From an uncultured Syntrophobacteraceae bacterium (GTDB lineage: Bacteria > Desulfobacterota > Syntrophobacteria > Syntrophobacterales > Syntrophobacteraceae), in contig CAZRWT010000002.1 of assembly GCA_964603955.1 (NCBI GenBank), positions 18,014 to 82,013 on the forward strand: 64,000 nucleotides of DNA, in the 5' to 3' direction. Shown piece after piece: positions 61,901-64,000 of this stretch (its first letter is position 1; each line of letters begins with the position of its first letter). The notes beneath the pieces are model-generated. The model had not been told where the DNA came from, made no database searches, and was given only the letters and a program-made list of their open reading frames with translations. Made by a program: the position numbers and the translations under genes.

Positions 61901-63343
61901 GTGGAAAATCGCCGGACGGATTGTTTTGCGTGTTGGGTGGATGGAAAACGGGAAAGGGGAGCCCAAAGCTCTCCTCTTGTGGACCCCTCTACCGGAAAAG
62001 AGTTTGCCTGGGTCACCATCGCCGGGTCGGAGCTGGTGCATGCGGCCCTGGAAAGTGCGGCGGGTGCTTTCCGGGGTTGGAGCACTACTCCGGCGGCAAA
62101 GCGAGCTGAATTGCTGCATGTGTTTGCGGAAAACGTGCGCAAGGAGCTTCATTCACTGGCCGGAATGTTGAGCCTGGAGGTGGGAAAAACCATTAGAGGG
62201 TCCCGAGATGAAGTGAGCAGTGCCGCGGCCCTTCTCGATTACTTTGCCGAGGAGGCCTTACGCCTGTCGGGAGACATCCCTCTTCTGGGGCATGACCGTG
62301 AGCACGTGCTGGTTGTTCGGGAACCGGTGGGAGTGGTGGCGGCCATAATGCCCTTCAACTATCCCTTGAGCACTCTCGTGTGCAAAATGGGGGCAGCCCT
62401 GGCTTCCGGCTGTACCGTGGTGGCAAAACCCGATGAGCATACTCCCCTCACCACGCTGCGAATGGCTGAACTGGCCATGGAATCCGGAATTCCGGCAGGG
62501 GTTTTCAATGTGGTGACGGGACCGGGCGGACATACGGGGCGTTTTTTGGTGGACCATCCCATTCCACGCCTGGTTTCGTTCACGGGCAGCACGACCGTGG
62601 GTAAAGAAATTGCCCGGGTGAGCGCCTCGTGGGTGCGGAAGGTGATCCTGGAGTTGGGCGGCCACTGCCCGGCTATCGTGTGTGAAGATGCTCCCCTCGA
62701 TGTCATACTGCCCCAGTTGCTTTCCCAGGCGCTGAAGAACAGCGGTCAGTATTGCTATCGCGTCAGTCATATTCATGTGTCGGAGCCCATCTACGATCGG
62801 TTTATGGAGGAATTCATCAACCTGGTTGCCGCTCTCGAAGTCGGCCCACCTTCCGATGTCAATGTAGATATCGGGCCTCTCAACAACTCTCAAATCATCG
62901 AGACCGTTTCTCGCCAGGTGGAGCTTGCCGTTCAAGAGGGGGCCAAGATCGAATGGGGAGGGTGTTCCCTCGGTGAAAAGCTGAGTGGGTTTTACTATTC
63001 TCCCACGATCCTCTCCGAGGTACGTTCGGACATGTCCATTACACAAGAAGAAGTTTTTGGTCCCGTGGTGATGGTCTCGCCTTTCCAGCACCTGGATGAC
63101 GCCATCGAGCGAGCCAATAGCAGTCCTTTCGGCCTTGCCGCCTATGTTTTTTCGAAGGATGTGGGGGCGGCTCTGGAATGCGCGGGCAAGCTCGATGCCG
63201 GGAGCGTCTGGATCAACAGGATTCATCAGGCCTATCCCCAGGCTCCCTTTGGGGGGGTCAAGGAGAGCGGACTGGGGCGGGAGAAGTCCCCTTACGGAGT
63301 CCGGGAATACACGGAGTTGAAAACCATTTATCTGTCCTATTGA
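61901..63343 (+). CDS. NAD(P)+-dependent aldehyde dehydrogenase family protein
   Basis: 480 aa. Motifs FTGSTTVGKEI, ELGGHCPAIV (ELGG plus catalytic-Cys region) and EEVFGPV. GTG start is uncertain. Confidence 0.88.
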   Translation: MENRRTDCFACWVDGKRERGAQSSPLVDPSTGKEFAWVTIAGSELVHAALESAAGAFRGWSTTPAAKRAELLHVFAENVRKELHSLAGMLSLEVGKTIRGSRDEVSSAAALLDYFAEEALRLSGDIPLLGHDREHVLVVREPVGVVAAIMPFNYPLSTLVCKMGAALASGCTVVAKPDEHTPLTTLRMAELAMESGIPAGVFNVVTGPGGHTGRFLVDHPIPRLVSFTGSTTVGKEIARVSASWVRKVILELGGHCPAIVCEDAPLDVILPQLLSQALKNSGQYCYRVSHIHVSEPIYDRFMEEFINLVAALEVGPPSDVNVDIGPLNNSQIIETVSRQVELAVQEGAKIEWGGCSLGEKLSGFYYSPTILSEVRSDMSITQEEVFGPVVMVSPFQHLDDAIERANSSPFGLAAYVFSKDVGAALECAGKLDAGSVWINRIHQAYPQAPFGGVKESGLGREKSPYGVREYTELKTIYLSY

Positions 63344-63428
63344 TTTTAAGGATCGGGGTTCATAAAGCCTGAGGGTTGCTTCTCATGAAAAAGAGTCCGT
63401 TGGTTTACCCCGCCAGCAGGAGCGAACT

Positions 63429-64000
63429 GTGATCCCCATTGTTTGCTTTGTTGGTGCGTCCGGTTCCGGCAAGACGACTTTCCTGGAAAAACTGATCCCG
63501 ATTTTTACGGACGGAGGCTATCGGGTGGGGACGGTCAAGCACGATGTCCATGGCTTTGAAATGGATCGAGAAGGCAAGGATACCTGGCGGCATGGCAAGG
63601 CCGGGGCTCAAACCATCGGCATTGTTTCCCCCTACAAGACGGCGAGTATTCGGAATACCCGCGAGGAGATGGACCTCGCCAGGTTTGTTGGAAGAACTTT
63701 TTGGAACGAAGACATTGTTTTTGCGGAAGGTTTTAAGCGTTCTCCATTTCCCAAGATTGAAATTTTTCGTTCGCGATCGGGATGTCGTCCCCTTTGCGGT
63801 CGCAAGGATCATTTGGTGGCTTTGGTGACCGATGATCCCGGCAAGGTGAGCGAGAACGCCGATGATGTTCCCGTTTTCGCACTCCATGACTTCGGTGGAG
63901 TGGCGAATTTTATTGTCGAGAGGTATCTCCTGGAGCGAAAAGCGGCGGCTCTTCAAGTTTTTCTTGACGGCAGGCGTCTTCCCATGAACCATTTTGTGGA
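63429..64000 (+). CDS. mobB: molybdopterin-guanine dinucleotide biosynthesis adapter MobB, 3'-partial (runs off window end); absent from ORF track
   Basis: GTG start 6 nt after AGGAG. I checked the frame codon by codon to 64000 and found no stop. Translation VIPIVCFVGASGSGKTTFLEKLIPIF...VGTVKHDVHGFEMDREGKDTWRHGKAGA is typical of MobB. Confidence 0.8.
   Translation, partial: MIPIVCFVGASGSGKTTFLEKLIPIFTDGGYRVGTVKHDVHGFEMDREGKDTWRHGKAGAQTIGIVSPYKTASIRNTREEMDLARFVGRTFWNEDIVFAEGFKRSPFPKIEIFRSRSGCRPLCGRKDHLVALVTDDPGKVSENADDVPVFALHDFGGVANFIVERYLLERKAAALQVFLDGRRLPMNHFV

Overview
High-GC bacterial chromosomal window. The gene content suggests an anaerobic sulfate-reducer or syntroph-like deltaproteobacterium (Thermodesulfobacteriota); this taxon guess is inference only. 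I support about 45 protein genes.

Gene content, in window order:
- ychF, recN, plsB, ilvE
- a YozG-like HTH plus DUF2975 pair
- nrfHA, the cytochrome c nitrite reductase, with a CXXCK heme motif in NrfA
- sucA, sucB and lpd, a 2-oxoglutarate dehydrogenase complex
- a Trm112-like methyltransferase next to a cytoplasmic molybdopterin oxidoreductase
- pabABC
- a small AT-richer islet holding a frameshifted TumE-like toxin, its HTH partner and a DUF262-like remnant
- a 749-aa tandem-fused phosphofructokinase
- two paralogous hdrA-mvhD modules, the second extended by Flx-like NAD(P)H/FeS subunits and a fused HdrCB/HdrD-like protein
- yjbQ, a DUF882 protein and a dCMP deaminase
- a DUF2760 / Hsp70 / 973-aa Hsp70-like cluster
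- a DUF3365-heme hybrid histidine kinase
- yibQ, ctpA, a CoA-transferase-GNAT fusion, lgt
- a His-rich small protein, an aldehyde dehydrogenase and a partial mobB

Most notable observations:
1. Three in-frame UGA codons sit in the mvhD-like, hdrA-like and hdrD-like genes. Two of them align to Cys in the paralog within this window. Each is followed after exactly 15 nt by a hairpin with a GG-containing loop. These are probable selenocysteine sites, and the ORF track splits all three genes there. Sec and Cys are used reciprocally between the two hdrA-mvhD modules.
2. One MvhD-like protein carries a C-terminal winged-helix-like extension.
3. A roughly 200-250 bp MITE-like element built of nested palindromes occurs five times, all intergenic, including inside operons.
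4. The PFK has a eukaryote-like tandem architecture.
5. A poorly understood Hsp70 pair is clustered with a DUF2760 protein.

No rRNA, tRNA or CRISPR array was seen. All homology calls come from reading motifs by eye; no searches were run.
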